A stretch of 64,000 nt of DNA from Octopus bimaculoides (GCF_001194135.2 NC_069005.1:1164478-1228477), one strand, 5' to 3'; shown: positions 23,554 to 38,751, counted from the first letter of the stretch. The notes: generated from the letters alone by a model not told the origin. Numbers and translations are program-made.

Positions 23554-26500
23554 TATAGTGAATATATATATCAAACTTAACGAACTTATATTTTATAGAC
23601 ATGTATGTGTGTATAATATAGTAAATATATGCAAATTATTTATATTTTATGCCTGTGTCTGTATGTGTATAGATTTATATATGTATATAGTGTGTGTGGG
23701 CGCGCGCGCGTTTTATTTTTGTTTGTTTTGTTTTTGAGCGCGGGGGACTATATATATTCTAGCGATCTAATAATGAATGTACTTTTGTGTATGTGTGTGT
23801 GTGTATATATACGTGTGTGTGTATCTGCAAAATTACGTAAAAACATCGAGCTGGATTTTTTTTTTGTTCTTGGTTTTCTTATATATTTCCTCCAAACCAG
23901 CCATTTGCTTATACTGTTGATAGTATTGGTACATATAATAGTTTACGAAGAGGCATACACAAGAGACTGTGCTTGATGCACAGTTTAAAGACGATCTTCT
24001 CTCGAAGTGTAAGAGTATGTGTTGCGAGGTCAGGTAAGTAAGCGACGAGGCGGAGGCGGCGGAGGCGGCGGCGGCAGCAGTGGTGACATCGGGTTTTTAA
24101 GGGTGGCAGGGGCTGCTGGGCTTGGCGTCAAAAGTGAAAGTCACGAAAACTGTTATCTAGTTTTGATTGAAACACTTCATTCTGACCTACCTTAGACAGA
24201 AATGCATTTGTTCGTGGCTTATTGATTTTTTTTTTACTTCATTCAAGAACTTTGCTTTTTCCCTACACCGATGTTTGGAATATCGCATATTCTCTCTCTC
24301 TCTCTCTCTCTAGATATATATATATGTGTGTGTGTGTGTGTCATAAATATGTGTGTCTAATATGTCTATATCATGTATATTATGAATATGTGTGTCTGTA
24401 TATATATCATTCAAGATGTGTGAAATTCATGTCGCCTCAACATCAGTAAGGCCAGGTATGGAGCTGCTCTCAGAAGCATCCAAGCAGGTGGTTCTGTTAG
24501 ATTTTGTTTTTGCTTGAGAGCAAGAAGATGAACCAAGCTGAGTTCGAGGAGTTAAGCCAAAGCAATGAGTAGCAAGCAAGATGTGATCCTATCAAAGTGG
24601 GACACAGAGTAGTTTGCAGGCCAGTCCCTTTTCAGAGCCTACACCATCCTCAGCATCACAAGGCAGAAAGCCATCAGGACGGCTGTGGAGGTAGCAGGGT
24701 CGCCTCATAATGATTGTGGATCAGGAGATGCCAGCCCTGGCATCATCATTTAGTGTCTGCTTTCCATGTTGGCATGGGTTGGACAGTTTGACTGGAACTG
24801 GTAAGCTGGAGAGCTGCACCAGGTTCCAATCTGATTTGGCATGGTTTCTNNNNNNNNNNGCTGCACCAGGTTCCAATCTGATTTGGCATGGTTTCTATGG
24901 CTGGATGCCCTTCCTAACGCCAACCACTCCAAGAGTGTAATGGGTGCCTTTTATGCGCCAGTTATGTGGTACCTACATTGACCACAACTACGATTTCACT
25001 TGGCTTGATGAGTCTTCTCAAGCATGGCATATCCCACTCACTTATCACTTTTGTGAGGCCCAATGTTCAAAGGGTGCTTTTTACATGCCACCAGCACAGG
25101 TGCCTGTTACGTGACACCAGTTCCAGCCATGCTGGAGCTTGATCTACCCTGGTTGGGTGGCCTGGGTGAAGGTAACTGCTGTTAAATGACCCAAAACAAT
25201 GATTCCTGGAAACATCAATGACGATGTGTCCAAGTGCATCACAGGATAAGGTATGGATAGGCATGACTGTGTTCTAAGAAACTTGCTTCCCAACCACACG
25301 GTTCTGGTTTCAGTCTCACTGCATGGCACCTTGGGCAAGTGTCTTCTACTTTAGCCTTGAACTAAACAAAACCTTGTGAGTGGATTTGTTTGAGGGAAAC
25401 TGAAGGAAGCTTGTCATACACACACACACATATATAAATATCTGTTTGTGTTTGCCCCCCCCACCATTGCTTGATAACTGATGTTGGTGTGTTTACATCT
25501 CCATAACTTAGCGGTTTGGCAAAAGAGACTGATAGAATAAGTACCAGGCTTTAAAAAAAGTACTGGAGTTGATTCATTCATCTAAAATTCTTCAAGGCGC
25601 CCCAGCATGGCCGTAGTCTAATGATAACCGAAACAAGTAAAAGATAGATATAGATATAGATAGATATGATGCTTGTGCACAAACTGCAATGGTGGTCAGA
25701 CTTTGGCTCTGAATACGAAGAGGTTTTTCGAAGTCTAGAAAGAAATGAAGTAAGCATGGTTTACCAGATGTGCATGAAGAACTGGGCATGAGAAGCATCA
25801 GATGTTATGTGCAGCAGAGAAAACTATGTTGATATGGATGAGGGTGTCTGTATGCAGAAGTACTGACTGCTTATGGTGGGTAGAACTTGTGGAAGAGGGA
25901 GACCCAGAAAAAGATGGGGACAGTGTAGTGAAGGTCGATCTCAGGTTGTTGAGTTTCACAGTGGAAGTCATAGAGGAGGCCTCAGCATCACTGCAAAACT
26001 GGGGTTCTGGAAGCAAACTGAGCCCCTTGCCCAATCTGTCCTTGTCAAGCCTTCTCCACACCCTCACTTCCTTATCAGTTATCCCTCCATCACTCCCCCC
26101 CCCACCAATGCATCCTTCTGTTCCAATTACATGAGAGCAGAACTATGTCTGTCTTCATCCCTTTCTCTGCTACCAGTTATCTCTCCCTTTCTCTTGAACT
26201 ACTTCCTTTTCATATCCACCTTTCATTGTTAGCATCCCCACCACCATTCACTGCCCTTTCTGTGCTGCCAGCCATCACTCCCTCTCACCTGAACCATTTC
26301 CTATTGTCAACCATACTTCATTCTCCACACTGTCTCATGTCTACCATCAACCACTCTCAACCTATCTTCAGCACCCCCTCTCCTGACCTCACTCCTGAAA
26401 CTTCTACTCCTTATCTTTCATCCCTCCCCTTTCTATTGGTTTATTCTGCTGCATTTCACTATTTTTGTCCTGCCAGTCATCACTTCCTCCCCCCTGAACC

Positions 26501-29500
26501 ACTTCTCTTGACATCTTCATTCTGATTGTGGTCGCCTGACTTATCTTCACCATTGAAACCCCTCTTCTCTTGTTCACCATTCACTTCATTCTCACCAACG
26601 GCCCTCTTGCAACCTTTAGCCACCCACCTTTTGTGATCTTCAATTTCCTTTGTGCCCTGAAGGTCTCTCCTCCCAGCTCCACCACATTTACTCTCACCCA
26701 CCTTTATATAATGCAAAGTAGCCCTGTATCTCCTCCACAACAACAAACCTGCTCCTGTCCCTTCTTCCATACTTTAACCACTCATTACTCAGCATAAAAC
26801 TACACCCCTCTCTACTTTACTCCCACTCAGTTGAGGTGGCCATGAAGATTGCACTTAGTGCACTCTGAAAAATGGTTGGTGTTAGGAAAGGCATCTAACC
26901 ATTGAAACTATGTCAAAACTGAGACACTAGAATGTGATGTGCTCTTCTGACTTATTGGATCCTGTTGAATTGTCCAGTCTGCCTCATTGTAAGCAAATAC
27001 AAAATGATGATACATGTGTTGCTTTCTGTCTTTGGGGTTTTTTCACCCTTCCCGATCTCTGACTCGAACCTACCTGTACACAATATTTGTCCCTGTCTAA
27101 TCTCTTCCCCACAACATTTCCTCCTAATATCCTCCTCCCATTGCATGGCACCTTGTTCAAGTGTCTTCTATTACTGCGCCATGCCTGACCAAAACCTTGT
27201 GGGTGAATTTGATTGAGGGAAACTGAAAGGTGCTCTTTGCGTTGATATGTGTGTGTGTGTGTATGTTTGTATATGTTTCTTCTTGTCCACAAACTACTCA
27301 GCTATGGATTGCGAGGCAGCTGTGATTTTAGGCAAAATGCCAAGAAGAACAAATTTATAATGGTGAGAGACTAGTGGTGGAGAGAGTATGGAAGGGAGAG
27401 ACAAGAGAAAAGGAAATGGTTAGCACCAGTGGTTCATAAGAAGGGAGGGAGTCAGAATTAACTCTTTTGATACCAACCTTTTTGAAATCATCTCTATGGC
27501 ATAAATTCCTTTTCAAATGAGCTAAATTAAAACATTCCATTGAAATTCTATCTAAACTTACATTTCAAGCACTAACTTAACAACAACAAATTTATGTGAA
27601 TAAATTCTTCAGTATTTTCAAAATTAATTAATTAAAGCAAAGGCAAAGAAGTATGGTAAGAAAAGGGTTAAAGACAACTGAGATGAGTTGTGTTAGGTTT
27701 AGGGCCATCACACATTATAAGGATGAATGTGGGCCAAAGGTGGGAGTGGGAGGGACTTAGTGTGAAAGAGATGTAAAATGTGTGTGGCAAGAATTTAGAG
27801 AGTCACTGAGAGGAAGAAATATGTGGGTGGTCGGCTGGCAAGGGAGGAAGGATGGGGTGTTGAGGTAGGAGATAAGTTGTGGGGAGAGGACAGTAGGAGA
27901 CTGACAGGGAATGATGATTGAAGTAAGTGATAAGATGGATGATGTACTAGTACAGTCTCTCATACATAGGCCTAGTGAAGGGGAGCCATCCATAGTTAGC
28001 AATGTTTATAAGTGGTTGGGAGATAAGAGACGGTGGGGGGGGGATGAGATGATGGAAGTGAAGGGATGGGGGGTGGAAGTGGAATGGTGCTCAACAAGTA
28101 GTTAAATGAGAAGCCAGGGATGCAAAGGATGGCAAGATACAAACACACACATTTAGGGATCCTGGCCTCTATCACTTCTATAATTTCAATGCATGTTTCA
28201 CGATGGATGGTTGAGTCTCCTGCTGCACCATGTATCACCAATCAATGCAGTCTTTTGCCATCTTTGTGAGATGCAGCACCTTTAGGACAGTGTTCACCTC
28301 TTCATCCTAAGTCTTCTGTGGGTTGCACTAACTCAAAGCGCATCAGTTATTCTCCATGTACACCACATTCTCATATCAGTGCAGTCTCCTCTCTTGCAAG
28401 CTACATCTGATTCCCCTTATACCCAATTTCTCTCTCAATTCATACAGACCATAATATCCAGACACACTGGCATTACACATCTGTCTGAGCAGCTTTCATA
28501 AGTTTCCTGCATCCAAATCCCGCATCTCATTACCATGCTGCATTGCATTTCAAACACAAGCACCATACAATCTGCCCTTCATTCTGAGGGAGAAGGCCTT
28601 TGTTGCTGGCAGGGGTAATTTGCTCTCTGAACTTTTCCCAGCCTTTCTTATTGTAGCTACTATACTCTCAGAACAACCACTTCCATGGCTAATTATGTCA
28701 CCGAGGTACCAGAAGCTCTCAACCTATTATCAGTGACCTAGCTGGACACTTGAGAGAATCTATTTCTGGTGTATTCTTAGTACTTACTCTCCCTGTGCAT
28801 CTGCCCCATACAAAGCCTGATGTCTCTGTTAGCCCATCTGTAATTTTGTTATATCTCCTGTGTGGCCATAACATATTGTGGGAACTATATATGGAGTTCT
28901 CTTCTGCATTCAAGTAAGGCCAGTTCCCTGATATAACCAGATTCCTTTCTTTTTTTTCTGCTTACTAACAGATTAGTCTTAGTTAAGTTTACTTTGTAGC
29001 CTCTTGATTCTAGGTTTTGTTTTTATGTCTGCAATCTCTTCTCTAGTTTTACCATAGATTCAGTTATAAGAGCCAGATCATCTTGCATCATAAGAGTTCC
29101 CACTGACATGGTCTTAGATTCCTCTGCGTCTATGATAAATAGAAGCTGGCCAAGAACTGAACCGCAAAGGACTCCTATCTTCATTGTGTCTTTGAAACTT
29201 GTTCCTCACTCATTTTACTGGTGGCACCTTTTTTTCTACATTGGTTGTAATCCTCACAGGTGCCCTTCTAAACCTAGTTTCCTCAGTGACCACCAGATTA
29301 CTAAGCATAGCATTCAATCAATACACACACATCATAAATATATATTATGTCTATATAATTTGTACATGGCTATGTGGTTAAGAAGATTGTTTTATACTAT
29401 AGCTACAGGTTGACCAAAACCTTACGAGTGAAATTAGTGTAGACACTGAAGAAGCTTGTTGTGTGTGAGTAAGTTTGTATTAATAGTGATGCCTGGAGTC

Positions 29501-32500
29501 GAATGTGGAAGCAGGTCTGGGAGTCTTGATATGTTGTGTGTAATCTTTGCAAACAAAAACTTAATTTAAATGGTTGTTTGTTTACAGTTTTCCGAGTAAA
29601 CATGTCAGAGCTGTTCACTATTTGACTGACGACAGGATTGTTACCTTGTCTGGAAACAGGTGAGGGTTGGCAGCAGGAAGAGCACCCACTCATAGAAACT
29701 TTGTCCCAGCATACTGCCATCTTCCATTGAGGCATCGAAAAGTAGGCATTAAATTGATGACGACGATGATATATATGTGTGCATATAATATATATCTATA
29801 TATATATATATATATAGATATCATCATATATTTATTATGTATACATCAACATCATTTTAATGTCCACTTTTCTATGCTCACATGGGTTGAACACAATACA
29901 CAAACAGATTTTCTTCAGTTGGCTGTCATTCCTGTTGTCAGGTAATATTTCCCCCATTGCCAGGCATGTTTACATGGAAGATTGGAAACAAAGGACACCT
30001 CTTGTATGACAGTGATGCTCATTTACAACCATCAAATGATGTCAAGACAAGGACACACACACACACAAATCAGAATAAAGCCTGAGCCAAGGGATCCTAG
30101 CTCCTATTTCTACTTGGGGCTATACCTAGAAATTAGACATAGGGTTGTTGGTGTGAGGCACAGAAAGATGAGTTTATCGAATGAAACTCTCTTGTCCTTT
30201 CTCACTCGGTCTTTCTTTAGTCTCTTTCTCTCACTCACCACATACACATGTGTGCACACACACACATATAACATTCAGCTATTGGAGCATACGTTCACCA
30301 AGTACCATTGCTTCCAGATGAACTGCCCAAAGAACCATGGATCCTACAATTAGTGACATCTGACTCAAGAAGAAATAGTTTTCCTTGATGCTTCTGGTGG
30401 AACAGTTAAAACTGTTTTTTGACCACCATAATTTTGTTAAAAACTCCCTTTGCTCCAACAGACTGCTACTACAGGGGCATCGTCTGGAAGTGGTCGCAGA
30501 TGACGGGACTGCTCATTCTGTTCTTCATTTGCCATTCAGCCTTGTACACAATTACAAGCCTGTGTGATATATTGGTTTCAAATTGTGGCATGTACCAGTA
30601 ATTTCAAGGGAGAGGGTAAGTTGATTATATCAACCCCAGTGCTCAACTGGTACTTATTCTTTTACCGATTCTGAAAAGATGATAGGCAAAGTCAACTCAG
30701 TGAGATAACCATTCTGCCAGTTTCCCACCTTAGGCTTGTGTGTATTATTGGCCAAAGTTCTAGACATACAGACACACACAGACGTTTTGAAACAGGCCAA
30801 GCTAAAGGTATGAGATTAATGCCACAGTGTCTCAAAGACATGTATTTGAGGTTCTTAATCTCGATTTCCAAGATTTCAGCGGCAACACATCATGGATTAG
30901 TTCACAGGTTTGTTCTCTGGTGATTTCAGACAAACTCTGCCAATCATTCTAGAAAGTAATACAGGCTGATGAATTGAAAGCATGCTTCAAAGAATCTTAT
31001 TTGGAGATAAGAGGAGAAACTTCATCTTTGTGCCTACGTGAGACTTGCATTTAACAGAATTATTATATCTCAGCAACCTAGTTTGCAAAAGTTGTACTTC
31101 GATGGTCTGCTTCTAGTCAACCCTAAATGAGGAGATATCAAAATACAAAAACACATTGTGGAACAACCATCAACACATTTCTAGTAGAATTACAGAAACC
31201 ATTGGTGGTCTTCTGAATGTGCCATCTCAGCTCTCTGAAATGACGTTGTGCAGTATTGTTGATGTTTCTCAATTCTCTTCAAACCATTACTGTCTTACCT
31301 CACAGCTGAATGTAGAAATGTTTGCTGTTTGAATGCTCAAAAAATCTGTAATGGCATGGCACTCACTCTCAAAACTCTTATGCCCCCCCCCCCCCAGGAG
31401 ATGGTCTCATTCCATCAGATACACCATTTCAGTTCAAGTGCTTTCAATTTACAAAACTACTCTTATTATTTTTCTCTGAACATAAACAAGTCTCAGTGAC
31501 AGTTACTCGGGGTTGTTGGAATTAGATTGACAAACTCATGATCCTTTCAAAGCCCACATAGTTCCAGGTTCAGTCCCACTGCGTGGTGCCTTGGACAAAT
31601 GCCTTCTACTATAGCCTCAGATTGACCAAAGCCTTGTGAGTAGATTTGGTGGACAGAAACTGAAAGAAGCTCATTGTGTACACGTGTGTGTGTATGTATT
31701 TGTGTCTGTGTTTGTTCCCTGTTCCCCTCCACAGTTTGACAATTGGTGTTGGTTTGTTTATGTCCCCATAACTTAGTGGTTCACCTAAAGAGACTGATAG
31801 AATAAGTACCAGGCTTTAAAAACAGAAGTTCTGGGGTCAATTCATTTAACTAAAACTTCTTCAAGACATGGCCACAGTGTAATGACTGCAACAAGAAAAA
31901 TAAAAAAAAGATGAAGATACCTGGTCAGGCAGCCATTTTTACATGAGAACCACCAAATGGCGGAACAAGAAATGGTTTTTCTCAGAGGTCTTTTGTTAAT
32001 AAAAGACATTTCTGATTGAAAGAGTTTGGTGAAATTGTTGTAAGAGAGTGGAATATCCAACATTTCAGCCATAGTCCCTTCTTCATATATTACATCATCT
32101 GCAAACTCGGTGCCACTTTTTTTTTAATTTCGGAAGAATGGGCCATTGCCTTGCTGATTGCTTTTGGGAGAATATTCAAACTATGCTGCTGTGTATGCCT
32201 GGCCAACCTGTTGCCACGCAAGGAGGAACAAGTGTGTCCTGATAGAAGCAGAGTGATGGCTTGTGATAAAGGAGAATGGTTGTTAAGTGGGGGAGAATGG
32301 GGGTTACGGTAAACTGTTTGTTATCCTGATTTCACTTGGACAAGAGAGTTAAGCTCAGAAGGATGAAAGGGTCAGATAAGTCATGTGACATCTAGTGGCA
32401 CAGTAAGGAGAAAAGATAGTGATAAGAGGGGTGAGTGATGATGAAATGAGTGATAGGGGTGTTAGAGAGATGAGTGGGTATCAAAGAAGGAGACAGTATG

Positions 32501-35500
32501 GATAATAGCTTAAAATTTTGGCAGAAGGCCAGCAATTTTGAGGAAGGGAGTTAGTTGAATACATTGACCCCAGTACTCAACTGGTACTCATTTTATGGAC
32601 TCTGAAAGCATGAAAGGCAAAGTCTACCTCGGCAGTATTTGCACTCAGAACATAAAGTTGGAATACAAGTTACTAAGTATTTTTCCTGGCACGGTAACAA
32701 ATTCTACTTTAGAGTCAGTATTCATAATGATATTTAATTTATATGATATTTATATGATATTTATATGATATTTAATTTATATACTAAACTTCTTAGGGAG
32801 ATGCTTCAGCATGGCCACAATCCAGTCACTGAAACCAGTAAAAGAATAAAAGTATATCACATATATGTATGTATACGCATATGTATATGTGATATCTCCC
32901 AGCTTCCATTGCTTAGCGATTGCAACATCCATTCGTCCATACCTACTGGTCTTCTCTCACACTGCATCTTACAAATTAATCTCATCCTTGTCCACTCCAA
33001 ACAAAATTCTAAATTTTTTTTACACATTTCTGTGTTTTAGATGTTGGAAATTACAATTGAAGCTATATAAAAAAAAAAAAGATTTACAAATTCAATTCTG
33101 TTTCCAAATATTTTTCTCTCCTTATTTAACTTTAAGCCTAAACCCTAACAGATGGACCCTAACTTCAAACTGAATATTTTCTTGCAGGATTGTTATTTTG
33201 CACTTTTTTTTTTTATTTATTTTTTTTTTTTTATATATATATTTACTGAAGGGGAAAACTTTTGGCTAAAATTTGTCAGAAGTAGAAAAGTTACTGCTCG
33301 GTTGAATGTCCTGAAATGGAGATGGTGAAGGCACAGGAAAACTTCACAAAGAATAGCAAAATAGACAGATGGGGCTCAGACTGTACAATCCTATCAATAT
33401 ATATTGTTTCCTGTATATGAAATAATTATCATCATCATCATCATCAACATCATTTTAATGTCCACTTTTCCAGGCTTGGGTATTTATTGAGGTAGATTTT
33501 CTATGGCCGGATGTCCTTTCTGCTGCCAATCTTCACCTGTTTCCAAGTAATGTAATATTTTTCCCTGTGGCCGGACATGTTTTCATGGAAGATTGGAAAC
33601 AAATGACATTGCTTGTATGATGGTGACACTCACAACCATCATGGGATGACAGCAGAAGGAGACCCACATTCATGCACATGCTCTCTCAGACATGACAAGC
33701 TTCTTTCAATTTTTGCCAATCAAATCTACTCAGAAGGCTTTGGTTAGCCGTGGACTATTGTGGAGGATACTTTCCCAAGATGCACACAACTGGACTGAAC
33801 GTGAAGCCGGGTTCGGTTCAACTGTGATGGATGTAATGTACCTGCATTTATATGTAGTTTGATATTGGGGCAAGTGTGATTGTACTAATAACAATGTTAC
33901 TTCATACCCACATGGGTTCTCAACACCAACATTAGAAAATATTTCATTGACTTCTTAATGTAGCATTGTTTAAACTAAGACATTGGTGCTGCTTCATTTC
34001 TGGGGCTCCATGAAAGGACATTGAGAAAGTACTTTGCCAAAAGGTAGGTGGCGTCCAGGCCAAAAAGTAAAAAGTTCTTTTCCTACAAAATGAAACTGTT
34101 AAGGAACTGAAGCAAGTAGTAAATAGTAGGGTCCCATGTAGATGTTATGAAGCATCAAGTATGAGATGTTGTTTTTATTAAATTTGGATCCACCAAATAT
34201 CCAGATCAATTCCTATTTAACATGATCAAGGCATGACTATTAACTGCTCCAGTGTAACAATAGAATAATCAACAGCAAATACACAAGACCCAGATACTTT
34301 TCTGTCAACTTATGACCATCTTCATTGCAATTCTATATTTGTGATATGAAGAATTTATGTATACTGTTTATATTAGTTAGACTGGTCTCACGCTCCATCC
34401 TGAAGGAAGCTGGAGTGTGCAGCAGCTGATATGTAATGAAAGCAACAGAAATGAGGACACCAGTTCGACTAATATAAACTGTATACATAACCTCTTCATT
34501 GCTTTTGATTTTGTCCTGGTTGTGTTTATAATGTAAAGTTTACTGAAGACCTCTTACATGATGCAGATGGATACCTATGGCGATGCGTTGACAGAGTTTG
34601 TCACCAGAAATTTCTCATTTCAAAATCAATGTGTTCCTGCATTATTCCATGTATAACATAGAAAGTGTTCAAATAACAGACAAAATAAAAGTATTTTCCA
34701 TCAAAAATACTTTCACTTTTTGATTGGGGAAACATCCTACTTCTGATATCCTATTTCACTTTCATGGGACACCTGAAAGGAAGAAATGTCACCATCATCA
34801 TCGTTTAACGTCCGTTTTCCAAGCTGACATGAGTTGGATGGGAACCTATGTGCCAGAGGGCTACGATGAACTTCAATCTCTCCATTAACACAGTTTCTGT
34901 GGCGTGATGTTGATGCACTTTCTAATACCAGCCATATCACAGAGTGTACAAGGGGCTTTTTTCATGGTTCTGGCACTAGTAAATTACCAAGTAAATTGTT
35001 ATTCAAGATCCCTTGACAGAGTGGAGTTGTAGAGTTGACGGAGATGGACTTTCTGCCAGGTGTTGAGAAGTTGAAATATGAAAGTGGGACAGGACAGGTG
35101 TCTCACTGTAGAGGAGATATATGGCTTCCCTTGTTAGAAACAGAGAAAAAGAGGAATGGTGAAGTCGTTAAGTTATGAAAAGTACAAAAAGAAAAACCTC
35201 AAAAGACAATGATTATTCATTTGAAAGTTTTCAGGAGAAAAGCAGTGAGTTGGCAGAGGTGTTAAGAGTGTTGGGTAGAATGGCTTGTGCTGTTTCTTCT
35301 GATTCACTGCATTCTGAGTTCATATCCTGCAGAGGAGAACTTTGCTTTTTCATTTTTAAAAATTTTGTTTCAGGTCAATAAAGAGGTACCAATCCAGGGT
35401 ATTGGATTGATAGAAATGTTGGTGGGTGGGGATCAGGAAAGATGTCTTGTAGTGTGTGTGTGTTATAGCTGTTTGCAGTCTAACAGCAATATCTGTGATG

Positions 35501-37096
35501 ACACTAATGCTTAGCTGTATTGGCCCACGTTGGCAGTGTTTCCCTTGGATTGAAATCTGTAACATGGAGACGATGGGAGGCTGTATTTATACGGCCTTAT
35601 TCAGAATAAAACCAGGGTTTATATATGGACGCGTGTGTTTGTGTGTATATATATATATATTTGTATGTATATGTGTATCCATGTATATATATATGTATAT
35701 ATGTACATATATAAGCATGTATGTGTCTGTGAGAAAGGATGGTCATAACTGGAATACTTCCATCATATTTTGTTCAATGACGATTGATTTGGAGCTAAAA
35801 AAAAACTTCTGTAAGTTTTCCCAGCCAAACTGGAACTCTCCATCATTTATCCTTTCAGTTGCATATATTTCGCCATTTTTCCCGTCCTCCCATGCAAAAA
35901 TATACATGAAATAATCTGTATATATGAAGGCTCATGTCCTTCGAGAAAAGGCTACAATTAAGATAGCGTGTTAGCACGTAAATACTTTAAAAGGAGATGC
36001 ACTTATAGATATTGCCCAAGCATAGCCCTATCATTGAGGAGTTCGCTTCGTAACTTTGTAGTTTAGGGTTTCTATCCGACTGCACGGCACTTCGGGTTGG
36101 TGGCCTGTACTCTCTCGTTGATGAGTTACTTGTTGGTGGATTTTGGCTATCGACAGCCGTGTAGAAGCCCATCGTATATAAATACCTGTGTTTATGTTTA
36201 TTTGAGTTTTGGAGGCTGCGGGATTCCTGCACGGACGCATCTCTCTCTCATGAGTAAGAGTTCTGTAAAGGAATATGTTTCCAGATCGTGACACCTCCTC
36301 CCACTTACATCTATTTCATGCTTCTCCCATACAAGTCTTTCTTTCTTTCTATGAACAGCGATCTTCAACTAACCATTTTCTCCCTTTCCCGAAATCCTGT
36401 TTTAATCCGTCGTTTGTCGGGATGGTGAGCGAAAGGATTTTCCCTGTTCGTCGCATTCTTTTACACATTAACCGTGATTGTTGGTTTGTGTAGAAGCAGG
36501 AGTGGGGGGGAGTGATGTTTGTAGCTTCTACGGAGAAATTATATGTAAATAATATTCGGAAGTTGTTTTTGACTTTTGCATCTCCGTAAATAAGAGAAAA
36601 GAAGAAGAAGAAAAAAAAGAAATCCTATGGCCACCTGCTTGAAATAGCAAGCAATCTCCTGATCTCCGTTCAATCAACGCACTGCCGCTTTAAAAATGGA
36701 AGGACACTTTAAATACATTACTTTATGTCTGAGAGAGAAAAAATGTCAGGATGGTTACAGATGGAATGTTTTTCGTTATTGGTTTGTTCTGTCAGGGTCA
36801 CCAACAAACAACCACCACACTACCATCATCATCATCATCATCATCGTCATTAGTACTCTTCGCCTTCACACCCACACCCACACAACTACCGCTTCTCTCG
36901 CCGCCAAGTGTTCCCTGATCATTTAATCAATGACATGAGGGGAAATTTTGCTAGTTGCACTCCTCTTTTTGTACTTCTCCTCCTCCTCTTCTCTCTCTCT
37001 TTCTCTCCTCCAAGAATCAAGTCTTTTGTTCGTGTTCGTTACTTATATAAATATAATTAGATTCTTGCAGTTGACTCTGCCGATATCAACATCGTG

Positions 37097-37137
<41 letters not shown>

Positions 37138-38709
37138 TGTGAGTGTATGTGGTAGTCACCAGTTGTTTTGTGTCAACATCTCACCTCCACCTCCACCACT
37201 ATCAACCACCGTCTCTGTCACCAACTAACCAGCCAGTTACTATTTGCCGTTGCTACATCATAGGCCCCTAAACCATTCTTCTTCTCTTTCATCTCTNNNN
37301 NNNNNNNNNNNNNNNNNNNNNNNNNNNNNNNNNNNNNNNNNNNNNNNNNNNNNNNNNNNNNNNNNNNNNNNNNNNNNNNNNNNNNNNNNNNNNNNNNNNN
37401 NNNNNNNNNNNNNNNNNNNNNNNNNNNNNNNNNNNNNNNNNNNNNNNNNNNNNNNNNNNNNNNNNNNNNNNNNNNNNNNNNNNNNNNNNNNNNNNNNNNN
37501 NNNNNNNNNNNNNNNNNNNNNNNNNNNNNNNNNNNNNNNNNNNNNNNNNNNNNNNNNNNNNNNNNNNNNNNNNNNNNNNNNNNNNNNNNNNNNNNNNNNN
37601 NNNNNNNNNNNNNNNNNNNNNNNNNNNNNNNNNNNNNNNNNNNNNNNNNNNNNNNNNNNNNNNNNNNNNNNNNNNNNNNNNNNNNNNNNNNNNNNNNNNN
37701 NNNNNNNNNNNNNNNNNNNNNNNNNNNNNNNNNNNNNNNNNNNNNNNNNNNNNNNNNNNNNNNNNNNNNNNNNNNNNNNNNNNNNNNNNNNNNNNNNNNN
37801 NNNNNNNNNNNNNNNNNNNNNNNNNNNNNNNNNNNNNNNNNNNNNNNNNNNNNNNNNNNNNNNNNNNNNNNNNNNNNNATTCCTTCCACCACCTCCTCCA
37901 CCACCATCTCACACACTTAGTTTTGGGGTCGGTGTCACCACCACACCAAACCCACCCCTCCCACCTTCGTCTTTTCATCTTTCTTGCATGCTTCTACTTC
38001 ACCACCACCACCACCATTACTACTAACACCGCACCCCTCTCACTCCCACTATCTTTGGTCGATATTTTAACACAACTTCGACTTTACATGATTTACTCAA
38101 CTCACTTATTATTAGATGTTGTAATTCTCTCCAAGAAAGACTTGTAAATATATAATAGCTTTTATTTTCCCTTCGACCACCACCCCTCCTCTTCAGTTTC
38201 TACGTGAACGTATAGGTATGTGTGTGTCTCTCTCTCTATATATAGATATAGATAGATAGATAGATAGATAGGTTGATGGATGTAATCAGTAAATAGAGAA
38301 GTGCATATACGTGTGGTGCTGGCATATGAAGGCTAACCACTTTTCTGCTACTTGTTTGCAATGTAGTCCCGCCGCCAGCCAACACAGGAGGAGTGCGACG
38401 GACATGTTTTCAGAAGTGTGTTGCTTGTTATTGTTTCATTGCTACTTTAGCTCCTGATCGAGCTAGGCTTCCGATCAGAGGCGTTCCACTTGTGACCACC
38501 TTTTGTGTCTTACTCAGCCACGATGTACTGGACTGCCCTGTTTTTTTTTTTATTTATATCTATTTTGAAGATTGCATAGCAATTTTGAAGGAAATTTAGC
38601 TGCTGTTTCTAGTTGGAACAACGATCGTGTGTTACAGGCTCCCTCGTTGGGTCGTTGTTGTGATTGTTCTCTGGTCTTGTTCGCCCCCCCCCACCACCAC
38701 TTCACACAC

Positions 38710-38751
<42 letters not shown>

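Noticed and set aside
24820-24896. Exact ~37-nt direct repeat on both sides of a 10-N gap
   Set aside because: Typical unmerged contig overlap, an assembly artefact.
26100-26820. Pyrimidine-rich block recurring as purine-rich blocks at about 27660-28120, 32230-32480, 41600-41780 and 55270-55680
   Set aside because: Probably a decayed retroelement 3' region, but I found no diagnostic motif or hammerhead, so it is left unclassified.
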